Assembly: GCA_964520525.1 (NCBI GenBank)
Contig: CAZFNR010000007.1
Coordinates: 3,968 to 67,967, forward strand
Length of the DNA stretch: 64,000 nucleotides
Direction: 5' to 3'
From: an uncultured Muribaculaceae bacterium
GTDB lineage: Bacteria; Bacteroidota; Bacteroidia; Bacteroidales; Muribaculaceae
Shown here: piece by piece, positions 38,791 through 47,721 of the stretch
Layout of the letters: each line of letters opens with the position of its first letter
Position numbering within the stretch: position 1 is the stretch's first letter
Notes under the pieces: generated by a model
Told to the model about the DNA's origin: nothing
Seen by the model: the letters and a program-made list of their open reading frames with translations, nothing else
Database searches by the model: none
Translations under genes and position numbers: made by a program

Positions 38791-39807
38791 TTATCTGATT
38801 AAGAATGAGAAATTCTGAATATTCTTCAATGCCACGCCGGTACCTTTTGCCACTGCGAGCAATGGGTCTTCGGCGATGTGGAACTGAATGCCAATTTTAT
38901 CGGTCAAGCGTTTGTCTAAACCACGGATTAAAGCACCGCCACCGGCGAGCCATATCCCATTTCTGACAATGTCAGCATATAATTCGGGAGGTGTTTGCTC
39001 CAATGCACTCAATACTGCCGCTTCAATCTTTGATATGGATTTTTCTATGCAATGTGAAATTTCCTGATACGATACAGGAACTTCCATCGGTAGGGCTGTC
39101 ATTTGGTTAGGGCCATGCACAATGAAATCTTCGGGCGGATTATCAAGTTCAGTCAACGCAGACCCGACATTTATCTTTATCTGTTCTGCTGTACGCTCTC
39201 CGACTTTCACATTGTGGGCGCGACGCATATGCGACTGGATGTCATCTGTGAGATCATCACCGGCAATCTGGATGCTCTTGTTGCTGACAATTCCGCCAAG
39301 TGAGATAACGGCTATTTCAGTAGTGCCACCACCTATATCGACAATCATGTTGCCCTCAGCAGCTTCAACATCAAGGCCAATGCCGAGAGCAGCCGCCATG
39401 GGTTCATATATCATGTAGACATCACGTCCTCCGGCGTGTTCCGACGAATCGCGCACAGCACGAATCTCAACCTCTGTTGACCCGGATGGAATACCTACAA
39501 CCATACGCAATGACGGTGAGAACCAACTTTTGGAACTTGCTTTTTTAACGAGGCCGCGAATCATTAGCTCGGCTGCATTAAAATCGGCAATAACGCCTTT
39601 ACGCAATGGACGCACGGTGCGTATATGGTCATTCTCTTTCCCTTGCATCTGTTGAGCCTCTTTGCCGACTGCTATTAATTTGTCGGTACGGCGGTCAAGG
39701 GCGACAATTGACGGCTCATCAATCACAATTTTCCCGTTATGGATAATAATTGTGTTGGCGGTACCAAGGTCGATTGCAATTTCTTTAGTGAGGGAGAAAA
39801 GTCTCAT
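38791..39807 (-). CDS. mreB: rod shape-determining actin homolog MreB
   Basis: 338 aa with the actin-fold phosphate loops IAIDLGTANT and VDIGGGTTE. Confidence 0.95.
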   Translation of the reverse strand: MRLFSLTKEIAIDLGTANTIIIHNGKIVIDEPSIVALDRRTDKLIAVGKEAQQMQGKENDHIRTVRPLRKGVIADFNAAELMIRGLVKKASSKSWFSPSLRMVVGIPSGSTEVEIRAVRDSSEHAGGRDVYMIYEPMAAALGIGLDVEAAEGNMIVDIGGGTTEIAVISLGGIVSNKSIQIAGDDLTDDIQSHMRRAHNVKVGERTAEQIKINVGSALTELDNPPEDFIVHGPNQMTALPMEVPVSYQEISHCIEKSISKIEAAVLSALEQTPPELYADIVRNGIWLAGGGALIRGLDKRLTDKIGIQFHIAEDPLLAVAKGTGVALKNIQNFSFLIR

Positions 39808-39837
39808 GGGAATAATCGAGTAGGGGAGGTTTCTATA

Positions 39838-41364
39838 TTAATGTTTAAAATGGCGTATACCTGTAGTAACCATAGCGACACCGCTTGCGTTACAATAGTC
39901 AATTGACTCGTTATCGCGAACCGAACCACCAGGTTGAATAACGGCGGTGATTCCGGCCTCATGAGCGATTTGGACACAGTCAGGGAAGGGGAAGAATGCG
40001 TCTGAGGCCATTACCGCACCGTTGAGGTCGAAGCCGAATGATTGAGCCTTAGCAATAGCTTGTTTCAAGGCATCAACTCGTGATGTTTGTCCGACGCCAC
40101 TGGCACACAACTGGCCGTTTTTAGCAAGTACTATGGCATTGCTCTTGCTGTGCTTAACAATTTTGTTTGCGAAAAGCAAATCAGCTACTTGTTCTGGTGA
40201 AACAGCCTTTTCCGTTACTTGTGTGAGATCGTCTGAGGTCTCAACTTTGAGGTCACGGTCTTGGACTAAAGCCCCGTTAAGGACTGTGCGAACTTGTTTC
40301 TTAGTAGTGTTTTTGATTTTTTGCACTAAGATAATTCGGTTCTTTTTTTGCTCTAAGATTTCCAACGCATCCTCATCATATGCGGGAGCGATAACGACTT
40401 CAAAGAAAATTTTATTGATTTCCTCTGCAGTCACAGCATCAATAGTGCGATTAGCTATGAGTACACCACCAAACGCAGAGACCGGATCGCCGGCCAAAGC
40501 GTCTTTCCATGCATCTAACACAGTAGAACGTGTGGCGAGTCCACAAGCGTTATTGTGCTTCAATACAGCAAATGTGGGTTCATTAAATTCAGAAATGAGG
40601 GACACCGCAGCATCAATGTCAAGAAGATTGTTGTAGGAAATCTCTTTTCCATGTAGTTTCTCAAACATTGCATCAAGGTCTCCAAAGAATACCCCTTTTT
40701 GATGAGGATTCTCTCCATAGCGCATTGGCTTTGAACCGTCAATAGCCAGACGAAGAGCCGAGGGTGTTTCATCTCCATCAAAGTATGAGAAAATAGAGCT
40801 GTCATAAGAAGATGATACCGCGAAAGCTTCTTTTGCAAACCATCTGCGCTCAGCCAAAGTCGACTCAGCCCCTCGTTTTTTAAGCATTTCGGCAAGAGGG
40901 GAGTACTGGTCTTTAGAGGCTACGATAACCACATCGTTGTAGTTCTTTGCGGCTGCCCTGATTAAAGAAATACCACCTATATCTATTTTTTCAATAATGT
41001 CATCATCAGATGCTCCGGAAGCGACTGTATCAACAAACGGATATAAATCAACGATTACAAGATCGATTTCGGGAATTTCGTAAGTCGCGATTTGTTCTTT
41101 ATCGCCGGAATTGTCTCGACGATTAAGGATACCGCCAAACACTTTAGGATGAAGCGTCTTGACGCGACCACCAAGAATCGAAGGGTAACCCGTGAGTGCC
41201 TCGACAGCATCACACTGGTAGCCAAGCGACTCGATGAATGATTTAGTACCACCGGTAGAAAGAAACTTTACACCGTCTTTATTCAAGAGAGATAAAATCT
41301 CGTCAAGCCCGTCTTTGTGATAAACCGAGATGAGCGCGGTCTTAATTTTTTTTGCGTCAGCCAT
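39838..41364 (-). CDS. purH: bifunctional AICAR transformylase / IMP cyclohydrolase
   Basis: The MGS-like N-terminus is ALISVYHKDGL and the protein is PurH-like over its full length. ATG 41364 lies 32 nt downstream of a TAAATTTG box. The ORF-track TTG 41385 is too close to that box. Confidence 0.95.
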   Translation of the reverse strand: MADAKKIKTALISVYHKDGLDEILSLLNKDGVKFLSTGGTKSFIESLGYQCDAVEALTGYPSILGGRVKTLHPKVFGGILNRRDNSGDKEQIATYEIPEIDLVIVDLYPFVDTVASGASDDDIIEKIDIGGISLIRAAAKNYNDVVIVASKDQYSPLAEMLKKRGAESTLAERRWFAKEAFAVSSSYDSSIFSYFDGDETPSALRLAIDGSKPMRYGENPHQKGVFFGDLDAMFEKLHGKEISYNNLLDIDAAVSLISEFNEPTFAVLKHNNACGLATRSTVLDAWKDALAGDPVSAFGGVLIANRTIDAVTAEEINKIFFEVVIAPAYDEDALEILEQKKNRIILVQKIKNTTKKQVRTVLNGALVQDRDLKVETSDDLTQVTEKAVSPEQVADLLFANKIVKHSKSNAIVLAKNGQLCASGVGQTSRVDALKQAIAKAQSFGFDLNGAVMASDAFFPFPDCVQIAHEAGITAVIQPGGSVRDNESIDYCNASGVAMVTTGIRHFKH

Positions 41365-41395
41365 ATATTGTGCTATGATTTTCAAAACTTGGCTG

Positions 41396-41403
41396 CAAAT
41401 TTA
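41396..41403 (-). promoter_or_regulatory. candidate -7 box (TAAATTTG) for purH-mre operon
   Basis: Exact match on the minus strand 32 nt upstream of ATG 41364. Confidence 0.5.
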
Positions 41404-41441
41404 CAAAAATTTACGGTCACAGTCGTAATGTTCCATGCTTT

Positions 41442-41891
41442 TTATTGCAGTATCTGTTTTGCGTGGTCTTTAGTCTTAATTTCCTTTGGTCCGATAATAC
41501 GTTCGATTATTCCATCTGATGAGATTATGAAAGTGGTGCGAAAAGTTCCCATATATTTTCGTCCACACATCGACTTTTCGCCCCACACGCCGAACGCTTC
41601 GACCAAAGTGTGGTCAGTGTCAGCGATAAGCGGGAAAGGTAGACTGTTTTTCTCGATGAAACGACGGTGTGAGCTATCGCTATCCACGCTCACTCCAATC
41701 ACCTGGAAACCTGCCGCATGCAGAGCGTTGTTGTTGTCGCGGAGATTGCACGCTTCGGCTGTGCAGCCAGGTGTCGAATCTTTGGGATAGAAGTAGAGGG
41801 CTATCTTTTTACCCGGGAAGTCGGAACGTTTGATCTCGTTCCCGTTCTGGTCTAATCCCAGTCGGTCGGGGGCTATGTCTCCTAATGTCAT
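41442..41891 (-). CDS. bcp: thioredoxin-dependent peroxiredoxin Bcp
   Basis: 149 aa with the peroxidatic Cys motif PGCTAEAC within YFYPKDSTPGCT. Confidence 0.9.
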   Translation of the reverse strand: MTLGDIAPDRLGLDQNGNEIKRSDFPGKKIALYFYPKDSTPGCTAEACNLRDNNNALHAAGFQVIGVSVDSDSSHRRFIEKNSLPFPLIADTDHTLVEAFGVWGEKSMCGRKYMGTFRTTFIISSDGIIERIIGPKEIKTKDHAKQILQ

Positions 41892-41947
41892 TTGGTTGAT
41901 GGATTCCTAAGTTTGGGTCAATATTGTCGGCTGTTTTTTCAGATGTC

Positions 41948-42520
41948 TCACCAGTCGTTTTCTTCAGATGTCTCGTAGTTTTTTACACGGCTGATTAGCT
42001 CGCCTAAAAATTCGTCGAAATGCTTGTTGATTTGGTCTACCATATCTTTTTCGCGAATTTCACCGTCATCTTTGAATAAGTGTCCTTTGCGGTTAAGGCT
42101 GGTGTTGACGCTCAAAGCGCTCCCTTTGCCTATTTCGATTATGGAGTGACGGCATTTGAGCGACGAGAGGGTGGGGGCGTCGATGCGTATGCGGTTGGGT
42201 TTGAATTTGATTTCAACACTCCAGTTTGCCGAATATTTATCTTTTATTCCTGCAAGATAGTCTTTGGCAATCTTCATCCCTTCACACGTCACGATAATGA
42301 TGTCGGGCTCGTTATATTTCAAGTCATAATCACGTGACTTAAGCATAGATGTCAACACGGTTTTGGTGCGTTGAAACAGTTGTTTTTGAGTGCCTTTGAC
42401 TTTTTCGACTATAAAGTCTTTGCCATCTTCGGTCTGTATGCCGTCGGCTGTCAATTTAAACTGTGCAGCAAGCAACATCGGCATTGCCAACATCATGAGC
42501 ATAAAAAATATTTTTTTCAT
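41948..42520 (-). CDS. hypothetical secreted protein
   Basis: Internal ATG 42520 gives the signal peptide MKKIFFMLMMLAMPMLLAAQ. There is no recognisable catalytic motif. It may be DUF4468-like, but I cannot confirm that. Confidence 0.5.
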   Translation of the reverse strand: MKKIFFMLMMLAMPMLLAAQFKLTADGIQTEDGKDFIVEKVKGTQKQLFQRTKTVLTSMLKSRDYDLKYNEPDIIIVTCEGMKIAKDYLAGIKDKYSANWSVEIKFKPNRIRIDAPTLSSLKCRHSIIEIGKGSALSVNTSLNRKGHLFKDDGEIREKDMVDQINKHFDEFLGELISRVKNYETSEENDW

Positions 42521-42566
42521 CGTCGGTCGTGTTAAAAGATTGAATGATAGTCGCAAATATAACAAT

Positions 42567-44426
42567 TTATCTCAATGTTGTCAACACTTGCATCTCGCAA
42601 TTTTTGCAATCAAATTTAAGCCGGAATTTGATGTTGCCATTTTTGATGAACAACACCCGTGGCAGCAAGTCGGCGTTAGCGCCTTTGAGACAACATCCGA
42701 GTTCTCGTCTCAGACAGTAGCGTGTTGTCATCACTTTCAAGCTATCTTTGTCGATTTTGGTCGATGTTTCAAGTGCAGTTTCAATCGTTTTCGCGCCGTG
42801 GCTCTCGTAAAATTGGCGAGCCAAATGGTTGGATATGTTGTCGTGGTAGCTTGTGTCGGCATTGCCTGGCAGCGGAGCTTTAGTGTCTTCGGCTTTACGA
42901 TAACCAAATCGGTGGTTGAGCGCAATGGCGCGGTCGAGGCTTTCAACTGTCTTGCGGCGCAAGGCGGTCAGTTGTGATTTAGGCACGAAGATGTTGCCGA
43001 GGGTGTCGTCGAGTGTGACTAAACGATAGTTAGTGGTTCCCAACTTTGACAGGGCATCGCACCGTGATGTTTTCTGGTCGGTGGAGGCTTTAGCCGGTTG
43101 GATGTCGATTGATGTCGATACACTTATGCCTGTCCCATCGACTGACGCATCGAGGGCAATGGCCGATTGCCCGGCTTTGCGTAGTGTTAATGTCACACTA
43201 ATGCGGCGGTCGGCAGTGTCACCATCAAGCATATCTTCCCACAGTTTGTCGGAGTTGCGAAACAGAGTGGTGTTGTTTTTAATGTTTACGCGGTTTGCGG
43301 GATAAAGTAATTCGCCCTCAACTTTATTTAGACGGAAACCGTTAAACTCACCGTTTTCGTCATAAAAGCCCATTCCGTCACCATTATGTAACGTAGCACT
43401 CAGACTCGCTCTAATTGCATTGCCCATAGTCCTTTTGACGCAGCCTACAACTGTTCCAGTCGATTTTGGCGATTCTATCGAGGCGATGCTTCCGCATTGC
43501 TTCCTTGATCTCAGAAAGTAATCGGTGTAGCCGCGATTGAAGCTGTTAGGGAGAGCTGGCGAGAATGTCAGCTCGCTATCGCCGAGTGAAGCGCGATGAT
43601 AGCGGTCGGGATTGGCGGCTATGGCTGTGTCGATAGCTTTGCGGTAGGCTGCGACTACGTTTTTCACATAGTGCTTATCTTTCAGTCTGCCCTCAATTTT
43701 AAACGACGATACGCCTGCTTCTATCATTTCTGCCACCATCTCTATACGATTCATATCTTTCAGCGATAGCAGGTGTCGGCCGCGAGCTACCTGGATTGTG
43801 TTGCCTTTATCGTCAAGAAGTTGGTAGGGCAGGCGACACATCTGTGCGCATTCGCCACGGTTGGCACTCCGGCCATTCACCGAGAAACTTGCCTGACAAT
43901 CGCCGCTGTAGCTCACGCATAAAGCGCCATGGACAAACGCTTCCAATGGCACAGAGACTGAGTTACCGATATTTCTAATCTCATGTAGCGTCAGTTCTCT
44001 CGCAAGCACAATTTGAGAGAATCCTACGCTTTCAAGAAATTTTGCCTTTTCCGCATCGCGAGTGTCGCATTGTGTGCTCGCATGAAGAGCGATTGGCGGA
44101 ATATCCATTCTTAGAATACCTAAATCCTGCACTATCAACGCATCGACTTCTCTACGATACAGCTCATTAATCAACCTTTCAACATCCTTCAATTCATCGT
44201 CGTACACAATTGTGTTGACAGTGCAATAGACTCTGCATCCGAACTGATGCGCATAGTTAACAGCTCTTGAAATATCATCAAGAGAATTAGCGGCTGCCAC
44301 TCGCGCACCAAACGACGAAGCGCCCATGTAAACCGCATCAGCTCCATGTTTTATGGCGTCTATCGCTATTTCGGGAGTTCTTGCAGGGGCCAATAGCTCA
44401 ATAGGCCGACTACTTGTCTGTTTCAT
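42567..44426 (-). CDS. peptidase U32 family protein (Fe-S type, long form with C-terminal extension)
   Basis: U32 N-terminus ELLAPARTPEIAIDAIKHGADAVYMG and Cys cluster CVSYSGDCQASFSVNGRSANRGECAQMC. ATG 44426 is preferred over GTG 44432. It overlaps the upstream gene by 17 nt. Confidence 0.85.
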   Translation of the reverse strand: MKQTSSRPIELLAPARTPEIAIDAIKHGADAVYMGASSFGARVAAANSLDDISRAVNYAHQFGCRVYCTVNTIVYDDELKDVERLINELYRREVDALIVQDLGILRMDIPPIALHASTQCDTRDAEKAKFLESVGFSQIVLARELTLHEIRNIGNSVSVPLEAFVHGALCVSYSGDCQASFSVNGRSANRGECAQMCRLPYQLLDDKGNTIQVARGRHLLSLKDMNRIEMVAEMIEAGVSSFKIEGRLKDKHYVKNVVAAYRKAIDTAIAANPDRYHRASLGDSELTFSPALPNSFNRGYTDYFLRSRKQCGSIASIESPKSTGTVVGCVKRTMGNAIRASLSATLHNGDGMGFYDENGEFNGFRLNKVEGELLYPANRVNIKNNTTLFRNSDKLWEDMLDGDTADRRISVTLTLRKAGQSAIALDASVDGTGISVSTSIDIQPAKASTDQKTSRCDALSKLGTTNYRLVTLDDTLGNIFVPKSQLTALRRKTVESLDRAIALNHRFGYRKAEDTKAPLPGNADTSYHDNISNHLARQFYESHGAKTIETALETSTKIDKDSLKVMTTRYCLRRELGCCLKGANADLLPRVLFIKNGNIKFRLKFDCKNCEMQVLTTLR

Positions 44427-45855
44427 CTGCACTGAATCGGGTTACAGGATAAACACCATTATCGGCAGCAACTTTCAGCATAAACGCATGAGCGCTTTCA
44501 TGGTTATTCTCAACAATGCCATCGAGTATCGCATTTCGGATGGCATCCTTTATGACGCCAACCATAGGGCTCGATTTAAGGCCGAATGTCTGCATGATTT
44601 CAAGGCCGTCAACCGGCGGCTGCCAGTTTCGCAATTTATCTTTCGCCTCTATTTCAATCATTTTTTGGCGCAGAATGTCGAAATTCTCAAGAAATCTGCG
44701 CACCTTGTCCTCATTTTTTGACGTTATATCCGCCCTGCACAACACCATCAGGTCGTCAATGTCGTCGCCTGCGTCAACGAGCAATCGCCTGACTGCACTG
44801 TCGGTCACCTCATCTTCTACCAAAGAAATAGGCCTCATGTGCAATTCAACCATCTTTTGCACATATTTCATCTTTTCATTGAGCGGAAGTTTCATCTCTC
44901 TAAACAAGCGGGGAATCATCTTGGCTCCTATGAAATTATGATTGTGGAATGTCCACCCTATACGGTCGTCCCAACGTTTAGTCACAGGCTTTGCGATGTC
45001 ATGTAGTAATGCGCTCCAACGCAACCACACGTTATCACTTTGCTTGGCGACATTGTCAAGCACGGTCAGAGTGTGGTAGAAATTATCTTTATGTCCGCGT
45101 CCCTTAACTATTTCTACGCCTTTCAGCTGAGCCAATGCAGGAAAAATCAAATGGAGCAACCCACTATCGAGCAATAGTTTCCAACCAATTGACGGGGTAG
45201 GGGATGCCATAATTTTCATAAGCTCGTCAACGATCCGCTCCTTTGAAATAATTGATATTCTTGAGGCGTTGCGCTTAATCGCGTCAAAAGTTTCAGGCAA
45301 TATGTCAAACTGCAATTGAGTTGCGAAACGTATGGCTCGCATCATTCTTAACGGGTCGTCGCTAAATGTTATGTCAGGGTCAAGCGGTGTGCGTATTAAC
45401 CTGTTATCAAGGTCATTGACTCCATTAAATTTATCCACTATTGTACCAAAGCCGTTTTCGTTCACCGATATGGCCATTGCGTTGATTGTGAAGTCGCGCC
45501 TTGATAAGTCATCTTCAAGACTTCCATCTTCTACAATAGGTTTTCGACTGTCGCGACGGTATGATTCGCGTCTCGCTCCAACAAATTCAAGTTCAAGAGC
45601 GCGATACTTTACTTGCGCCGTACCAAAATTCTTGAATACGTTAAGACGGGCTCCTTTGCCAATAATCTTGGTGACAGCTTCGGCAATCTCGATTCCGCTA
45701 CCTACACTGACAAAATCAATATCCTTGGAGTGCCGTCCGAGAAACAAATCCCTCACATAACCGCCCACTACATAGCACGGCCGATTAAGCGAGTCTGCGG
45801 CTTCACCGACGAGACGGAACACCTTCCTGTCTATCTTTTTCGCTATTGGATTCAT
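44410..45855 (-). CDS. cca: tRNA nucleotidyltransferase (CCA-adding / poly(A) polymerase family) with HD domain
   Basis: 481 aa with the Pol-beta NTase head VVGGYVRDLFLG ... DIDF and the HD motif LLHDIAKP. Confidence 0.8.
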   Translation of the reverse strand: MNPIAKKIDRKVFRLVGEAADSLNRPCYVVGGYVRDLFLGRHSKDIDFVSVGSGIEIAEAVTKIIGKGARLNVFKNFGTAQVKYRALELEFVGARRESYRRDSRKPIVEDGSLEDDLSRRDFTINAMAISVNENGFGTIVDKFNGVNDLDNRLIRTPLDPDITFSDDPLRMMRAIRFATQLQFDILPETFDAIKRNASRISIISKERIVDELMKIMASPTPSIGWKLLLDSGLLHLIFPALAQLKGVEIVKGRGHKDNFYHTLTVLDNVAKQSDNVWLRWSALLHDIAKPVTKRWDDRIGWTFHNHNFIGAKMIPRLFREMKLPLNEKMKYVQKMVELHMRPISLVEDEVTDSAVRRLLVDAGDDIDDLMVLCRADITSKNEDKVRRFLENFDILRQKMIEIEAKDKLRNWQPPVDGLEIMQTFGLKSSPMVGVIKDAIRNAILDGIVENNHESAHAFMLKVAADNGVYPVTRFSADETDK

Positions 45856-45870
45856 GAATCCTAAAACATC

Positions 45871-46341
45871 TTAGTTATATCCGTTGAAAGTCACCCCCAC
45901 GATATCAATTCCGGTAAGTGTATCGACCCTCATAATATGACGAACCCGGACTGGCGAGCCGCTTCTGTGGCGAAGGCTCTTGCATACTGTATCTGTGACT
46001 TGAAAATCAGTTGCATTTCCAATTCCAAGCCATCTCCCATAGATATCAGCAAGTTTGAAATTTACAGTATCACAGTGTACGGTTTTGTCCGCATCCATGA
46101 ATTCGATTTCAAGCCATAAATTGGAAAACATATATGCATCCGTATGGCGAAGGCTGACACACAGAGAGCCGACCGCAACCGAATCGCCGTGTTCAGGATT
46201 AAACGTAAGCACATTGGCATATTGCCAGCCTGATTGAGGCAAATTCCTGAAGTCGCTAAAGTCATTGTGCCCGGGGACACAGGCCCCCAAGCACAATACT
46301 GAAAATATTACTATTGTAAACAATCTATTCATTATTGTCAC
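45871..46341 (-). CDS. gldH: GldH-like lipoprotein
   Basis: 156 aa with a lipobox (LCLGAC). The pattern W..., SLRHTDAYMFSNLWLEI ..., ADIYGRWLGIGNA matches my recollection of GldH. The start overlaps the PSP1 gene end by 17 nt. Confidence 0.55.
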   Translation of the reverse strand: MTIMNRLFTIVIFSVLCLGACVPGHNDFSDFRNLPQSGWQYANVLTFNPEHGDSVAVGSLCVSLRHTDAYMFSNLWLEIEFMDADKTVHCDTVNFKLADIYGRWLGIGNATDFQVTDTVCKSLRHRSGSPVRVRHIMRVDTLTGIDIVGVTFNGYN

Positions 46342-47704
46342 TGCTGTCTGGTTTAACCGGAGGCCGTTCCTGACGGTTGTCCTTAGGCTTGTCGCGGTTC
46401 AACTTAGGGCTCGGGTCTCCTTGTATTTGAGATTTCTGACCCTTTCGCTGGTCTCGTTGTCGGTTGTTTTTCTGATTGTCTACGCCCCTCTTCTCCCGCT
46501 GTTGGCGGTTGCCATCCTGTGGCTTTTGCTCCGATTGAGATTGCGTTCCACCATTGCGTTGCTTATTTTTAGGTGACTTTTTCTTCCCTTTCTTATCAAA
46601 ACGTGTAACGCTGTCCTGACCGATAATGTCGCCAAACTCTTTTTTTGTTTCCTTCTTCTCGCCTCCTTCACGCTCAAGTTTCAGCGGTTTTTCGCCTGCC
46701 TTGTTAAGAGCTATGATTTCGAATGCCCTTTCAGCATCAATCGTTATAAGGTTTGCCGGAACCGACTTATCGGTCGAATAGGTTATCAGACGTTTGAATA
46801 TATCCGCTTTAAAATAGAAGTAGGTATTGTCGGCAGTTTCAAGTCGGATCTCTTTTCCCGGCAAGCGCTTTACGCTCTCCACATAGGCATCTACCTCAAA
46901 GTTCAAGCAGCATTTTAACTTGGCACATTGCCCCGCAAGTTTCTGAGGGTTCAAAGATATGTCCTGGTATCTTGCCGCACTCGTAGCGACTGACACAAAA
47001 CTCGACATCCAACTGGCACAGCAGAGCGGTCGGCCACATGGACCGATACCTCCTATACGTCCCGCCTCTTGGCGTGCGCCTATTTGTTTCATCTCAATCC
47101 TAACCTTGAAAGTGTCGGCAAGCACTTTAATCAGTTGTCTGAAATCCACGCGTTCGTCTGCGATGTAATAAAATATCGCTTTATTACCGTCGCCCTGATA
47201 CTCAACATCTCCGATTTTCATATTGAGATTCAAGTCCTCGGCTATTTTGCGCGAACGAATCATGGTATTGTTTTCCTTAGCTTTCGCTTCTTCAAACTTA
47301 TCCATATCGCTCTGTTTAGCCTTGCGGAACACACGGCGTATTTCGGCATCGGATTTCACTCTCGCCTTCGCCATCTGCAGTTTGACAAGCGCACCAGTCA
47401 GGGTGACTTGGCCAATGTCGTGCCCCGGAGACGCTTCAACAGCGACCCAATCGCCCATTTCAAGCGGGATATTGGTGCTGTTTTTATAAAAACCCTTTCT
47501 TGTATTCTTAAACTGCACCTCGACTATATCACAATCTGCATATCCGCCGGGAATATCTTCCAGCCAATTGAAACAGTGCAATTTGCCGCGTGGCTCACCT
47601 TTACCACAATTGACGCACTCACACATAGAGCAAGAGCCTATATTTGCGGAGTCAGGAGCTTCTGACAGCTTATCGGGATGTGCGCTACTATCTTTAATAG
47701 ACAT
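46325..47704 (-). CDS. PSP1 domain protein (RicT/YaaT-like) with Cys-rich N-terminus and basic disordered tail
   Basis: 459 aa. It has an N-terminal CSMCECVNCGKG...KLHCFNWL, a PSP1 core (GDWVAVEASPGHDIGQVT ... GPCGRPLCCASW ... CAKLKCCLNFE) and a ~115-aa K/R/Q/N-rich C-terminus. Confidence 0.8.
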   Translation of the reverse strand: MSIKDSSAHPDKLSEAPDSANIGSCSMCECVNCGKGEPRGKLHCFNWLEDIPGGYADCDIVEVQFKNTRKGFYKNSTNIPLEMGDWVAVEASPGHDIGQVTLTGALVKLQMAKARVKSDAEIRRVFRKAKQSDMDKFEEAKAKENNTMIRSRKIAEDLNLNMKIGDVEYQGDGNKAIFYYIADERVDFRQLIKVLADTFKVRIEMKQIGARQEAGRIGGIGPCGRPLCCASWMSSFVSVATSAARYQDISLNPQKLAGQCAKLKCCLNFEVDAYVESVKRLPGKEIRLETADNTYFYFKADIFKRLITYSTDKSVPANLITIDAERAFEIIALNKAGEKPLKLEREGGEKKETKKEFGDIIGQDSVTRFDKKGKKKSPKNKQRNGGTQSQSEQKPQDGNRQQREKRGVDNQKNNRQRDQRKGQKSQIQGDPSPKLNRDKPKDNRQERPPVKPDSSDNNE

Positions 47705-47721
47705 AACCTTGTGAAAAATGG

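Noticed and set aside
40133-40636. 167-aa ORF antisense to purH
   Set aside because: It is a shadow ORF inside a well-supported purH frame.
41317-41790. 157-aa plus-strand ORF across the purH start and bcp
   Set aside because: It is antisense to two supported genes and has no motifs.
42390-42977. 195-aa plus-strand ORF spanning the junction of the secreted hypothetical gene and the U32 gene
   Set aside because: It is antisense to two supported genes and crosses their intergenic junction. It has no motifs.
47069-47665. 198-aa ORF antisense to the PSP1 gene
   Set aside because: The sense frame has conserved PSP1 and Cys motifs. There is no independent promoter box, start context or domain for the antisense ORF.
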